Shown: positions 36,777 to 48,655 of the stretch, one piece after another
Layout of the letters: the number at the start of each line of letters is the position of its first letter
Numbering within the stretch: the stretch's first letter is position 1
Source: Blastocladiella emersonii ATCC 22665
Taxonomy: Eukaryota; Fungi; Blastocladiomycota
DNA length: 64,000 bases
Assembly: GCA_025594325.1 (NCBI GenBank)
Contig: JANHCV010000005.1
Span: 186,001 to 250,000, forward strand
Direction: 5' to 3'
Notes under the pieces: model-generated
What the model was told of the DNA's origin: nothing
What the model saw: the letters and a program-made list of their open reading frames with translations, nothing else
Database searches by the model: none
Made by a program: the position numbers and the translations under genes

Positions 36777-39700
36777 TCAGCTCGCGCCGCCCTCGGCGAG
36801 CTCGTCCTCCTCCTCGTCGGCGCGTGCGCGATCGGCCTCGTCGTCCCACTCGTTTGCAGCGAGCGCGGGCGACGATGCAGGCGCGGATGCGGAAGCCGCC
36901 GTTGATGATGCTGCTGCAGCTGCAGCGGCCGCCGCCGCGGCGGCCTCCTGGCTGCGCGCGAGCTGGGTGCGGGCGATGAGGCTGACGAGCGCGATGCGGT
37001 GCTCGCGGGCCGCGTTGCACGCGCACGCCGCGAGGAACTTGGCGCACTCGTCGTACGGGATCCCGCACCGCGACCGGCGCGTCTGGAAGCGTTGCCGGAG
37101 CTACGAGTTGCAAGGCGCGGGGAATGGAGAGAGAGTCAACGAGCTCACGGGAACGGCTGACGGGGAGCGCGGGCATGCGAGCGCGATGCGGCCAAGGGGA
37201 AGGAGACGCGAGCGTACCGTGAGGTAGGTCTGCTTGAGCGACTGGTGCACGATCTGGCCGGTATCGGGGTGCACGTAGGTATGGGCGGCCTGGATGTGCC
37301 GGTTCCAGTCCTAGACGGTGAGCGGAGTGATCAAGGGCGAGCGAGTGAGTGAGTGAGTCGGTCAGCGCGCGAACATGATCAACTGGCGAGCGGCGAGCAC
37401 AAGCCCGATCGGAATGGTGATCATGCTTGGCGGAGATGATCGTCGGCGAGTCATGATCCCTGCCATACAGACACGGCGGAGAACAGCACACTGGATCCAG
37501 GTGCAGAGCACCGAGTGCCGAAAAATTCGGTGCCAGCGGCGGGGGCATGGACCGGAGTGGAGTCAAGCAGGTCGACGCCGCGCACGCGAGTAAAGAAAGA
37601 AAGTCACGGACCTCTCTTGGAGCAATGATGAGCTTGCACCCGATCCACGACAGACACTGGCGCGGCCCGCGGTCCGGGTACAGGTCGATGCGGTTCTTGA
37701 GCCGCGTCCACTTCTTGCGCCGCATCCCCGCGACGCGGTGCGACTCGTTGAGCGTCGTCGTGCCTGCAATCACCAAGCGTCAGCGCTCGCGTCCACGCGT
37801 CAACGTCGAGCACACGTACTCAGCGTCTGGAGGATCTCGAGCGGCGCGTCCTCGGGGACCGGCGGCCACGCGTCGTCCGCGTCGCCGGCGGCGCCGAGCC
37901 CGTGGTCCGTCGACGCGGCGGCGCACGCCGCGTGCTCGGGCGACTGCTGGTCGAGGTACAGCCACCGCGACATGTAGAAGTAGGTTGCGAGGTTGAAGAC
38001 AAAGTAGTCGCGGCGCTACAATCGGGCGAGAGAAACGAGTCAGAGAGACGTGGAAACCAACTCCCACGACGCGAGCGCGACGTACTGCCGTGCCGTTGGC
38101 GTTCTGCGCACCCTCCTCGTCGCCCTCGTCCTCGTCGCCGTCGCTCTCGCGCTCAGCTGCTGCGGGTTCCGGCACCGAGGCTGCTGCCGGGGCCGCGTCA
38201 CCCGAAGTCGGGACCGACGCGTCGCCGCGCGAATCGGGATCGCCGTGTTGCGGAGCGACGGGCGCGCGTGCCGACGAGGAACCCGTGCGTGCCGCTTTGG
38301 CGGGACTCGTCGACGCCGTGGCGGCCGCAGTGCTCGTCGCGCTGCTTGCGGCTGCCGTCGTCCCAGCCGCGCTACCCGCGGGAGCCAGCCAGATGGCGCT
38401 CGGCCTCCCGCCGCGCCGCCGCTTTAGCGCCGCCGCGTCACCTCCTGCTGCAGCAGCAGCCGCCGCCGCTGCGGGCGCCGTCGGGTTAGGCTGCGGAGCG
38501 GGTGCGAGCCATGGATGCCGCGCGACGTACGGCTGCAGGCTGAGCTGGATGGCCTGCGCGCTCGTCGGACTCGGCGCCGACGGCGACGCGCGCGTCTGGT
38601 CGTCGGGCAACGGCGCGTCAGGTGCGGGGAACCCCGTCGCGTCGACGCGGTCGAGCCAGTTGCTGGACGCGAGCACGGCGTGCGGCGGGGTCAGGGCGAC
38701 GGCGGGCGGCGTGAGCTGCTGCTGCTGCCGCTGAGACCGAGTGTGCGCGGGCGGCGGGCCCGGCCGATCTGGGACCCCAGAAGATGGCGGTTCCGGGCGC
38801 TCGGGCGCGGGCGCGCGGCATGGCGGTGGCGGGGGAGGGGAAGCCGGGCGGTCGTGGTGGTGCGACGCAGAGCTCGGCAAATGGGCGCGCGGCGAGCAGG
38901 GCAGCGAGATCGGCGGGCCTGGCGGCGGCGGGTGCCTGGCGACGGCGTAGTACTCGGGCTCGACGTCGTGGTCGTACTCGTGGCGGACACGCGCGCGGCC
39001 GTAGTCGGGATCGTGCGCGACGTGAGGGCCGTACGCGTGGTAGCCGTGGCCGTAGTCGGGGCGGCCGTAATCGTAGTCGTAGTCGTGGGCGTAGTCGAGA
39101 CTGCGCGCGCCGAGCTCATATTCGTGCGGGTGCGCGTAGTAGTCGAAGCCGCCGCCGTAGTCGTGCGGGTGCCCGTACGGGTCCCAGTGCGGCGGCGGCC
39201 GTCGTGGTGGAGGCGGCGGCGGTCGCGCATAGTACGGGTCGTGGCGGCGAGGCGCGGGCGCGTAGTGGGCGGGCGGCCACGGCGGGAGCGGGAGGCCGTC
39301 GGGCCCGAGCGGCGGCGGCGGCGGGTGCGAGTGCGGATACGCGTGCGGTGGCGGTGCATGATGTGGCGGGCCGGTGAAACGTGGTGGAGGAGAAGGCGGA
39401 GGGCCGGGAAGCGGTGGCGGCGCGTGGCGGTGCGCGAGCGACGCGTCGGGGGCCATGTCCGACGCGTGGCGCGCGCAGGGGCGCGCGTGCGGGTGCGGCG
39501 CGCCGGGCCATCCCGGGACCGCGTCGACCCACGCCTCACACTCGCCCGGAAACGGCAATCGGTGCGCGTGCGGCGGCGGGACCGCGACAGGCGCCGCCGC
39601 TGCTGCCGCCGCGCCACCAACTTTGCGATCACGATCACGCGCGGCGCGTTGTTCGGGCGTCAGCGGCGACGAGAGCGCGTGCGAGCCCGAGGACGAGGCG

Positions 39701-40947
39701 GCGTGGTCGAGCCGTGCGCGTTTGGACGGCCGCGTTGCCGACGACACGGACGACGGCGGCCCGCTTCGTCTGGGAGGTTCGAGCGGGCGGGCCGCGTCGG
39801 CCTGGCTCGCGGTACGCACACGCGGCGGCACGGGAGCGGGCGCCGAGGCCGATGGAGAAGCGCCGGGCGCGATCGTGCGAAGGTGCGTGTCCTTGTGGCC
39901 GGCCGCGTACCGAGGCCGCGGGCTCGGGCCCGACATACGCGAGGGCGGGGGCGGCGGGGGACGCGCGGGGCCGCCGCTGCGCGGTGGGAAGCCGGGTCCC
40001 CTTGTCGCGTACGGGGGCGGCGGGTGCCCGAAGTGTGTCTCCGATGGCGGTGGTGGTGGCGGCGGCGGGTAGCCGTGGTGGTGGTAATACTCCAAGTACG
40101 GGTCGGCGGCATACGAGGGCGGCGGCGGTGGTGCGTGCACGGGCGCGGGGCGTGGCGGGTACCGGCTCGGATACATTTGCTCGAGGTGGCCGCGGTGGTC
40201 GCGGTCGGGCGACGGTTGGCGATCGTCGCGGTGGCGCGGGGGATGACGTGGATCAGGATGAGGGTCGCGAGCGGATGTTGGAGGCGGCCGGCCCTTAACG
40301 GGGGCGGGGGAGGGAGCGCGCGAAGCGTCAGCGGCGGACGGCGGACCGCCGGTCCCCCGGCTGCCAGGACGAGCCGCGGGCTGCACGGGAGGGGCGTGTG
40401 CGGGCCCGGCCGCCGCCGAGGCCGCGAACGAGGATGCATGCGAGGACAAGGGCACGGCGCGGGCCAGGTGGGCGCCGCCGCCTGCAGGAACTGTTGCACG
40501 TTCGATGCCGCCGCCGCCCGCGGACGCCCCCGCCGACGCCGCACCCGACCCCGCCGCGTGCTCCACCACCGCCTGCCCGCCCGGGTGGCGGTCCTGCGGC
40601 TGCGGAGCGGGCTCACGCGGCGGCGGCCGCACACGGGGTCCAGGGGCGGCCGACGACGCGTGGGCTCCGGCAGGGCCGTGGCCGCGGTCGCTGATGTAGT
40701 GCGGTGGTGGTGGCGGCGGCGGCGGGGAAGCTCGCACACGGTAGGCGTCGTAGCCGTAGTCGTAGCCGTAGCCGTAGCCGTGATCGTAGGGGTGATAGTG
40801 CGGATGATGGGGGTGGGGGTGAGGTAGGTGTCGCGGCGGCGGCGGCGGGTGGTGCAGCGCTGGATCATGGTGCCCGAGTCGGCGGTCGTCGAGCACCGGG
40901 GCAGCACCTGGCGCAGCTCGCCGGCGCGGGCTCGGTCGTCGCTCCAT
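36777..40947 (-). CDS. Pro/His/Tyr-rich protein with a C-terminal integrase zinc-binding (H2C2)-like domain
   Basis: A long first exon (ORF 37780-40947) is joined by short GT-AG introns to KLIIAPRE-DWNRHIQAAHTYVHPDTGQIVHQSLKQTYLT-LRQRFQTRRSRCGIPYDECAKFLAACACN. Stop at 36777-36779. Confidence 0.65.
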
Positions 40948-41783
40948 GGCCGCCGCTCAGGGCGAGGCGAGGGACGAGGCGGATGGGCCGGCGCGAGTGG
41001 CTGGGTGGCTCACGGGCGAGAGCACCGATCGTGGCCCGAGGGAAGGCGATCGCGTTGCTGCGGACGCGGGCGAGGCGATGTTGGCGAACGTTGCGCACTA
41101 CGCGGAGGGTGAGCGCGAGGGCGAGCGGGCGAGCGAGGTCAGCAACGGCGACGAGCGAAGAGCGGCGGCGGCGGCAGAGCGGATCCTCACGCTTGGCACG
41201 ATGCGATCGGGACCGCGGTGGCGGCGACCAACGCGGTGTCCGTCCATGGCATCAGGGCCGTGGGCGAGCCGGATGTGGGCAAGCGCTAGGGGATACTTTG
41301 CGTGGCAGGTTGGCGTACCCGTCGTGGCGTGGCGTGTCGAGCGAGCGGATCCTCGCGCTCGAGTGAGCGGGCAAGCGAGCGGGCGGGTGAAAAGCGAGAA
41401 GGCGGCCTGCCATGGGCCGGCGCGACTGCTCGCTGGACTCGGTGCAGCCGGCGGTTGGCCTTGGCTTTTGGGGGCGTGTGTGTGGGGCAGCCTGGCCGAG
41501 CAAGGCGGCAGGGCAGCGGCGGCGGCGGCGGACAAGAGGGGAGAGAAGGAATCACCGCGAACCGAGGCCGAGCGGCTCAACGAGCCCGACCAAATCAAGC
41601 GCGAGCGGGGCGAGCGGCGAGGGGGGGTTGTGTGCCGATGTCTTCTGTTCCACTGTGACGAGTGCGGCTGCGGCGGCTCTCCTCTCACCGCTCTGGTTGG
41701 TCGCGAGAAGACAAGGGCTGCCGAGGTCGGGCTGCGCGCCACGTCCGGCTGCGCCAACTGTTGCAGTTGAGGGCTTTCGTTAC

Positions 41784-41842
41784 TGCTGTAGGTAGCAGGA
41801 ACGTCATGGCGGATCCGTTTTGTCCACTCTCACATCATAGCA
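41784..41842 (+). repeat. 5' LTR (59 bp)
   Basis: tgctgtaggtagcaggaacgtcatggcggatccgttttgtccactctcacatcatagca, identical to 42046-42104. Confidence 0.95.
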
Positions 41843-41856
41843 GGTTATGAGCCCTG
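41843..41856 (+). promoter_or_regulatory. Primer-binding site complementary to the anticodon arm of initiator tRNA-Met
   Basis: GGTTATGAGCCCTG is the reverse complement of CAGGGCTCATAACC (fungal tRNAiMet anticodon arm, recalled) and abuts the LTR. Confidence 0.88.
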
Positions 41857-42045
41857 GCGGAGTTCGATCCTCTGCGCTAAACAATTTATAGTTCGGGGGA
41901 GCGGGACTACAGCATGACTCTGGCACTCACCATCGTGAAAAAGGCTTACGACACTAAATGGAGATAAATGCGGAAGGAAAATGCCCGCCCCAAGAGACCA
42001 GAAGCCTGATGGACCAGCGAGCTGTGATGCTCGAGTGCGGGGGAG

Positions 42046-42104
42046 TGCTGTAGGTAGCAGGAACGTCATGGCGGATCCGTTTTGTCCACTCTCACATCAT
42101 AGCA
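42046..42104 (+). repeat. 3' LTR (59 bp), preceded by PPT GGGGGAG at 42039-42045
   Basis: Identical to the 5' LTR and followed by TSD GTTAC. Confidence 0.95.
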
Positions 42105-43259
42105 GTTACCGCTTCATTCCGCACGACATGTGCCTCGCGATCCGTGGCAGAGGTGTCTGCCCGCCGTCGGCGCGCTCCGTCCCTTCCTGCGCGGTGCCGG
42201 CGGCCTCGGACGGCCAAGCACCCAGAACGGGATGCCACGGGCGCCGTGTCTCCCTCGCTCGCGGCGGTTCCAGTCGCGCCGCGTGCGCGCTCCCAGGGGC
42301 CATGGCGCCATCAACCCGAGCCGTGCCCCGTCTCCTGCCCCGTCTCCCACACGGCCCGCGCGCCAGGCTCCGGGCGGCCCACCGGACGCGCGCTGCGCAG
42401 CCGGCATCGGGCGGCAGGCGTGCGACCCGTGGCGGATCCACGCGTCGCGCGTCACGTCCGCGCCTCGCCGCGGGGTCCGCGGGCGCGCGCCGCCACGCAG
42501 ATGCGGACACGCCCCGCTGCTTCACGCGCTCCCGATCGAAACGCGTGACCCGCTCACGTGCCGGGTTGCTAGGGGGTGCCGGGCCCGCCGCCGCGGATCA
42601 CAAGCATCAAGCCCGCCGTCGCTCCCTGGCTCCGAGCCCTTGGCCGTTCTCTCCCGCTCGGATCATCCGATGCGGCTCGGCGCTCTGCTCGGCGCTGCGA
42701 TCGTGAGGAACGACTGCTCTCGCGTACGCCGGACGTGTGGACATGGGCGTGTGGGCGAGTCGCCGCCTGTCTCGCGCTGTGCTCGGGCGATGTGTTCGCC
42801 CCGCGCTTGACGGATCGGCACTCGTCGCTGCTCATGCGAGCGCACGCGTCAGCCCGTTGAGGGACGTCCTCGCTCTGAACGAGCGGTCGGCAGAGCGTCC
42901 CCGCTCGGGCGATTTCTCGCTTGTGAGTTGCGCATCGAAGACAAGCTTGGGACCGAGTTAATTTGCACGAGGTTGGAGAGTATTAAGAGTCGAGGGGAGT
43001 GGAGTTCGTGGTCGGGCGGAATTATATTTTCTCTGATCGGAGCCGTGATCAATCACGCCGACGTGAACGACGCGTCGCGGCGTCACCTCCCGCGCCCGAC
43101 GGCGTGGTGGCATAGTACCTCTGGTGGTGGCTGTTGCGACCGCGAGTGGGTGAGCTCAGTTCACCGCGTTGCGCCACTCAGCGCGGACTTCGCTCAGTCA
43201 TGCGTGCGACTCGGCCATCGCGGCTCCCCATGCTGCCGACCACACATTCCCTGCCTGGT

Positions 43260-44660
43260 GACCACCGACCGCCGCGATCACAGCCTCGATCGTCGTCCTG
43301 ATCCCTCTGATCCAGTTCGCCGATCGCTTGCTCTGCATTGCACAGACTTGTGCTCCCACCCAACAGCGCGTCACAGCTCGCTCGGCATCGCTCGGGGCAG
43401 CCTCTTCGCCAGCCCGGCGCGAAAAGGGTTGACACGGCGCGACGCGTTCTCCGCGACCTGTCCGATCATGGCCGCCGGCCAGCCACGATCACAGCCTCGA
43501 TCACGGCACCGCGCTCGCACCGGATTCTGACGACGAGGAGGTCATCGACAGAATACACGATCCACCCAGAACGCCGGCGCGCACGCTTTCATAGCTCGCT
43601 CATCGTCAGCTTGCGCAACGACTTGGCCGGCTCCGCGTCGACCGCCTTCGCGCGCGTCCAAGGTGAACCGGGTTGCGCCGCGCCGGGTTCCACTTCGACA
43701 TATCTCGCACTGGCATGATGCGGCAGGAAGCGTCGTTTACGACGCGTTCGGCTCCCTGAACTGAACGGGTCGTGTCGTGTCGTGTCTCGACCCAGGAGTC
43801 TCGCTCCGCTCGCCTGCGCGCCTCGGATCCACCTCCTTCCCTTCTGCGTCGGTCGCATGTACTCGATCCTGTGAGCACACGCCTCGCTGCGCGGGTCACA
43901 ACGTGACCGCGCGGATCAAGGATCACTCCAACGCCGCGCCCGATGATGGCCGCCCGCCAGCCACGATCACAGCCTTGATCACGACACTGTCCTTGCACTG
44001 GATTCTGACGAGGAGAGGACCGACAACGGAACACATGAGGTCCACTTTCTTTCGACATACCCCCCACCGTCCGGACGTACGTCCCCACAACTCGCTCAGG
44101 GTTCGTTGGTGCGGCGCCCTCACCAGCTCTACGCCGACCACCTCACGCGCGTCTAAGGCAAAGCGGTTCGCGTCACGCCGGTTTATCTTTCGACACATCT
44201 CGCACTAAGAAAGTGTTGCTTGCGACGACCCCAGAGGCCCGCGTCGGTTGTGAAACGGGCCGCGTCGCGTCGCGTCGTGTCTCGACCTGAGAGTCTCGCT
44301 CCGATCGTCCGTGCGCCTCGGATCCACCTCCTCCTCCCTTCCCTCGAAGCTCGCCCGTCGTCGCTCCTGCGAGCACACGCTTCACTACTCGGGCCACAAT
44401 GTGGCCATGCGCGCAGACCATGGATCTCTTCAGCATCAGCGCCGTGTCCGATGATGGCCGCCCGCCCGCCGCGATCGTATCCTTGATCACGGACGGCTCC
44501 GCTCTGCTCGCCCTCCCGCCACATCGGATTCAGAATACATGAGGTTCTCTTGCTCTCCACACACCCACAGCGCAGCGCAGCGCACACTTACAGCTCGCTC
44601 AGCGTCAGCCGGCGCAGCGTCTTGGCGAGCTCCGCGTCGAGGCTGCTGACGCGGACGCGG
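43260..44660 (-). repeat. Degenerate tandem array (~500-bp units) derived from the GYP7 C-terminal codons and 3' flank
   Basis: Tail copies end at 44588 (functional), ~44085, 43589 and 43371. Shared gatgatggccgcccgcc...gatcac blocks lie at ~43464, ~43942 and ~44450, and gtcgtgtctcgacc...cctcggatccacctcc blocks at ~43778 and ~44274. Confidence 0.8.
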
Positions 44661-47050
44661 GCCGCGTTGGGCGACGTGCGGCCGCCAGCAGCCGGCGACG
44701 CGCTGCCAGCCGCCGCGGCACCCGCGCCCGCGGCGGGCGACGCCTGCGCGGACCGGACGATTGTGGCCATCTTGTTGTCGAACACCTGGAACAGCTCGTC
44801 GGCGGTATCGAGGACCGAGTCGACGAGTAAGTTTTCGGCGAGGTTGTTGACGAGCTTGAGGACCTCGTCGAACGCGGAGCACTGGGCGAGGACGTCGGCG
44901 CGGGCGTGCTCGAGCATGGCGAGGGCGACGAACACGGGGTACTCGGCCGACCGCACGTCGGCGAGGCACACTTCCCACACGCGCATCACGTCCGGCGTCG
45001 AGTACTCGCGCTTGAACCAAATAAGCAGCCACCGGAACGCGAAGAACATGTTGAGCGCGTCGCACTTGGCCAGGTGCCGGAACAGCGGGAAGTCGACAAA
45101 CTGCACCAGCGCGCGCAGCGTCGTCAGCTGCGCGTGCATCGCCTGCTGGTCCATGTGGAAGTTTGGGTGCTATACGGGGAGCGCGCGCACGTCATGGTCA
45201 GCCATCCGGGATTGCGAGAGAGCGGGCCCGCCGTGATCGGAGCCAAGTACTCAGACCCCGATCGATCACTCGCGGCGCCGCGGCTCCGCGCCCGCGCTGA
45301 GCCGCGACGGTCGCCGGGATCCGGCGTCAAAGCGGGCCATCGTGCGAGTGCGGTGCCAACGTACCAGGCGCTCCATGAGCCCGACGAAACACCAGAACGT
45401 GTCGACCTCGTCGCCGGCGTGCAGCATGAGAAGGACCGAGCACAGGTCGCTCATGCCCTGCACGTAGCCGAGCTCGCCGCGGCCAATCTCGTCGAGGTAC
45501 TGCACGTACGACGCGAGCACGTTGGTGAGCTTGACGAGGCTCGGGTTGACGAACTGGGCCGCGGCCGCGGCCTCGTCGAGCGCGCCCGTGGCCATGAGGA
45601 ACTCTTCCTCGTCGAGGTTGGTCGCCTTGGGCGTGTCGCCGTCGGCCTCGAGGTACGACGCGTAGAAGGCGTGATGGCGGTCGGTGCGCTACGACAAATC
45701 ACGCGTCAGTTGCAGTCGAGGTGATCAAGTTGATCAAGCGGTACGCACGATCACGTCCTTGACGATGCGGTGGCGCCAGTCGAGCCAGATCTCCCACTGC
45801 GCGGGGTTCATGGTGGCCTCGGAGTAGGTCTGCCACTTGGCCTTGAGCTCGGCGTAGTGCTTCGACTTGGCGCGCACGATGGCCTCCTGCTCGTCCATGG
45901 TCGACCCCCACGGGAGGAAGCCGAGCAGGAATTTCCACACCTGCGGGCGCACGTCGGGGTCGATGCCCTGGGTTCGAAGGAGCGTGTGAGTGACCACTGG
46001 GCACGGAGCGGTGATCAAGAAAAGAAGAAGAAGAAGCGTACGCCGAGGAAGATGCGCTCTTTGATCTCGAGGATCACGTCCGTGACGTTGGGCTCGCCGC
46101 CGTCCGAGTCCTCGCCCGACGGCACGGTCGAGGGTTCGGACCCGTCGAGCGGGATCGACTGGCGGAAGTTGGACGTGTAGTACTGGACCCAGAGCTCGGC
46201 CGTGAGGCGCTTGGCGGGGCTGCGCTTGGACGCGGGCTTGGGGAGCGACGAGCCCGTCTACAGCAGCGCGTGTGAGCATCTCCGCGAACCCGGTGTAGCA
46301 GCAGAGTCGCGTACCGAGACGAGTCCAAACTCGCCGAGCTCCGTCTCCTCGTCGCTGTCCTCCCACACGTCCTCGTCGGCGACGACGGGGCGGCCGGTCT
46401 GCGCGTCGGCGGCGCCCATGACGCGGTGCGAGACCCAGCGCGCGAGGTACAGCGAGGCCATGGGCAGCTCGCGGACCACCTCCTCGACGACGGTGCCCGT
46501 GTGCTCCTCGGGGCGGTACGTGGTGGCCAGGCCCTGCACGTCGCGCGGGAGGACGGGCAGGATCGGGCGGCTGAGCGGGTGGTCGAGGATGCGCGCTACG
46601 GTAGGTTGTGGTGGGTCGGTGAGTGTCGGGCGGGAGGGCAGTGGGATGAGATCGCGTACTGGCCGTGTCGCGCGACGCCCGCGTCACGCGCGCGAACCGC
46701 TCGAGAATCGACCAGCCGACCTCGCGCACCTGGCTGCTGACCTCGGGGTCGAGCTGCTCGAACAGCGCCGACGCGGCCGAGAGCACGTTCGGGTGCTGTT
46801 GCTGCGACTGAGGTGTTGCGCGCGTTCCCGCCTCCGACGCGGACGCAGCGGGCGGCGCGGGCAACCGCGGCTCGTCGGGCGGCATGACGGGCTGCAGCGG
46901 CGCGGCATACTCGAGCATGACGGTCGTAGTGGCTGTTGTCGGCGAGGCAGGCACAGCGGCGTCGGACGCGTGCGCGTGCGCGTCGTCGTCGTGCGCAGCA
47001 GTGGCGGCGGGGGCGTGGTTGCGCTCGTCGCCGGCCATGATGTCGGTCAT
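44588..47050 (-). CDS. GYP7: TBC-domain Rab GTPase-activating protein, Gyp7/TBC1D15-like
   Basis: Motifs GWSILERFARVT, GIDPDVRPQVWKFLLG, IVKDV-RTDR, LGYVQGMSDL, TFWCFVGLM and FFAFRWLLIWFKRE. Multiple introns. Confidence 0.9.
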
Positions 47051-47249
47051 TTGATGATGGTGATGGGTGCGATGCGTGGTGTTGATTACGTTGCTCCGTG
47101 CGTGGTTGGTTGATTTGGGGAAGAAGGAGAGAGGGGAAGGCGCGCGGGAAGCGGGCGCGCGTCGCTCTCCGGTCGCGACAGCCAGGGACCGCGACCGCGC
47201 CGAGCTCCTTCGAGAAGGCCAGCTGGTAGAAACGATTTTTACTCCCACT

Positions 47250-48387
47250 TCACACGTTGACGGCGCGCGCCCCGCGGGTCGCCTCCATGGCGGCGAGGAT
47301 GGCCTCCTCCTGGGCAAACACGTCGTCGTCGACGCTCATCGAGAACCCGTGCTGGTGCGCGAACGCGGCGATGTCGGGCACCTGCTGCTGCCCCGCGCCC
47401 GTGCCCGCGCCCGCCTCGGCCTCGGGTGGTAACTCACGCCCGCTCGCCCAGCTCACCGCCTCGGCCGACTTGACGAACGCATCGTCGTGCGCGCGGGTCC
47501 CGCCCGCGACCACGGCGCGCGCCGACGCGACGCGAGCAAACTGCACCACGCCCGTCGTGCGGGTCCGCCCGCGCCGCACCAGCACCTCTTCTACGGCGCC
47601 GTGCGCGGACATGAGCCGGCGCAGCGCCGCCTCGTCGACGCCCGGGTGCAGCGACGCGTCCCACTTGATCTTGACGGTGCGGTGCTCGGCCGGCGATGCC
47701 GCCGCGGCGACGCGTTCAGAGAGTGACGCGGCGAGACCCTCGCGGTGTACCGCGGCGCGATTCAGCTCGCGCAGTCGCCGTGCGTTGTCCGACCGGAGGC
47801 GTTCAATCTAGATGCGATCGCGCGGCGGGTCGTGAGCGGATCGCACTCGTCCGAGTGTAACGGCAAGTGACATACCTCGGCTGCCCGGTTGAGCACGCGC
47901 GGATCGAGCTTGGCGCGCTTGGCCCGCATCGCCGCGCGCTCGCGGTCCTCGAGATCTACATCCGCCACACACGCCGAGGTCAGCGCGGTCCCATGCACGC
48001 CCATCGCGCAACGTACCCTCGCGCAGCTTGCGCTTGGCCGCGTCCATGGCGCGCACGCGTTCCTCCTGCTCGCGGCGCTGGCGGAGCACCGCGTCGTACT
48101 GCTCGCGCAGCGACTCGTTGGTCAGCATGTCGTAGGCCACCTTGATCGCCTGAAACTGCTCGGCCGCGTCCGGGTTGTCGGGGTTCTTGTCTACGCGTTG
48201 GACCGCGTTAGTGCGGTCCGGTTCACGAGACGATGGGGACCGGCCACGGACCAGGATGCAGCTGCCGCGACATGGCGTAGTACCCGCGCTTGAGCGCGGC
48301 CGCGTCCGCGTCGGGCGCCACGCCCAGCAGCGCGTAGTAGTCGAGGGTCAGGTCATACTGGCGCAGCGATGCGGGCGGTTCCGTCAT
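47250..48387 (-). CDS. CWC23: DnaJ + RRM-like spliceosomal co-chaperone Cwc23/DNAJC17
   Basis: DYYALLGV...QLHP-DKNPDNPDAAEQFQAIKVAYDML (HPD split by an intron), MDAAKRKLRE-DLEDRE, and RTVKIKW. Confidence 0.85.
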
Positions 48388-48655
48388 GATTCCATTCGCT
48401 TTCGTCAAACCGTTGAAGAAGGGGAGGAGGAGCCATTCGTTCGCGTGCGGGCGCAGCTCGACGGCGCGCTGGCGACTCGTCACGTGGCTGCCACGGCTCG
48501 TGCCAAACACTTTTTTCGACCCACCGACGTCGCCGCTCCTCCCCGCCGTCGTCGACTCGGACCGACTAGTCGCTGCAGCCTGCACCCTGGCGAAGAACAC
48601 GGCGCACACTCGCACGCCACGTAACTTGATCCGCCGCCCGCTGCCGCCCGCCGCC

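Larger units (their letters stand above)
41784..42104 (+). mobile_element. Complete miniature LTR retroelement (TRIM), copia/Hemivirus-type priming, 321 bp
   Basis: Identical 59-bp LTRs (TGCT...AGCA), PBS GGTTATGAGCCCTG, PPT GGGGGAG, and 5-bp TSD GTTAC at 41779-41783 and 42105-42109. No coding capacity in the 203-bp interior. Confidence 0.93.

Noticed and set aside
36777-40947. Active retrotransposon, or the autonomous partner of the TRIM
   Set aside because: No RT, RNase H or DDE core; contains spliceosomal introns; no LTRs flank it.
41784-42104. 59-bp direct repeat pair as a CRISPR array or simple tandem duplication
   Set aside because: Only two copies in a eukaryote; the TG...CA ends, PBS, PPT and TSD explain it as an LTR element.
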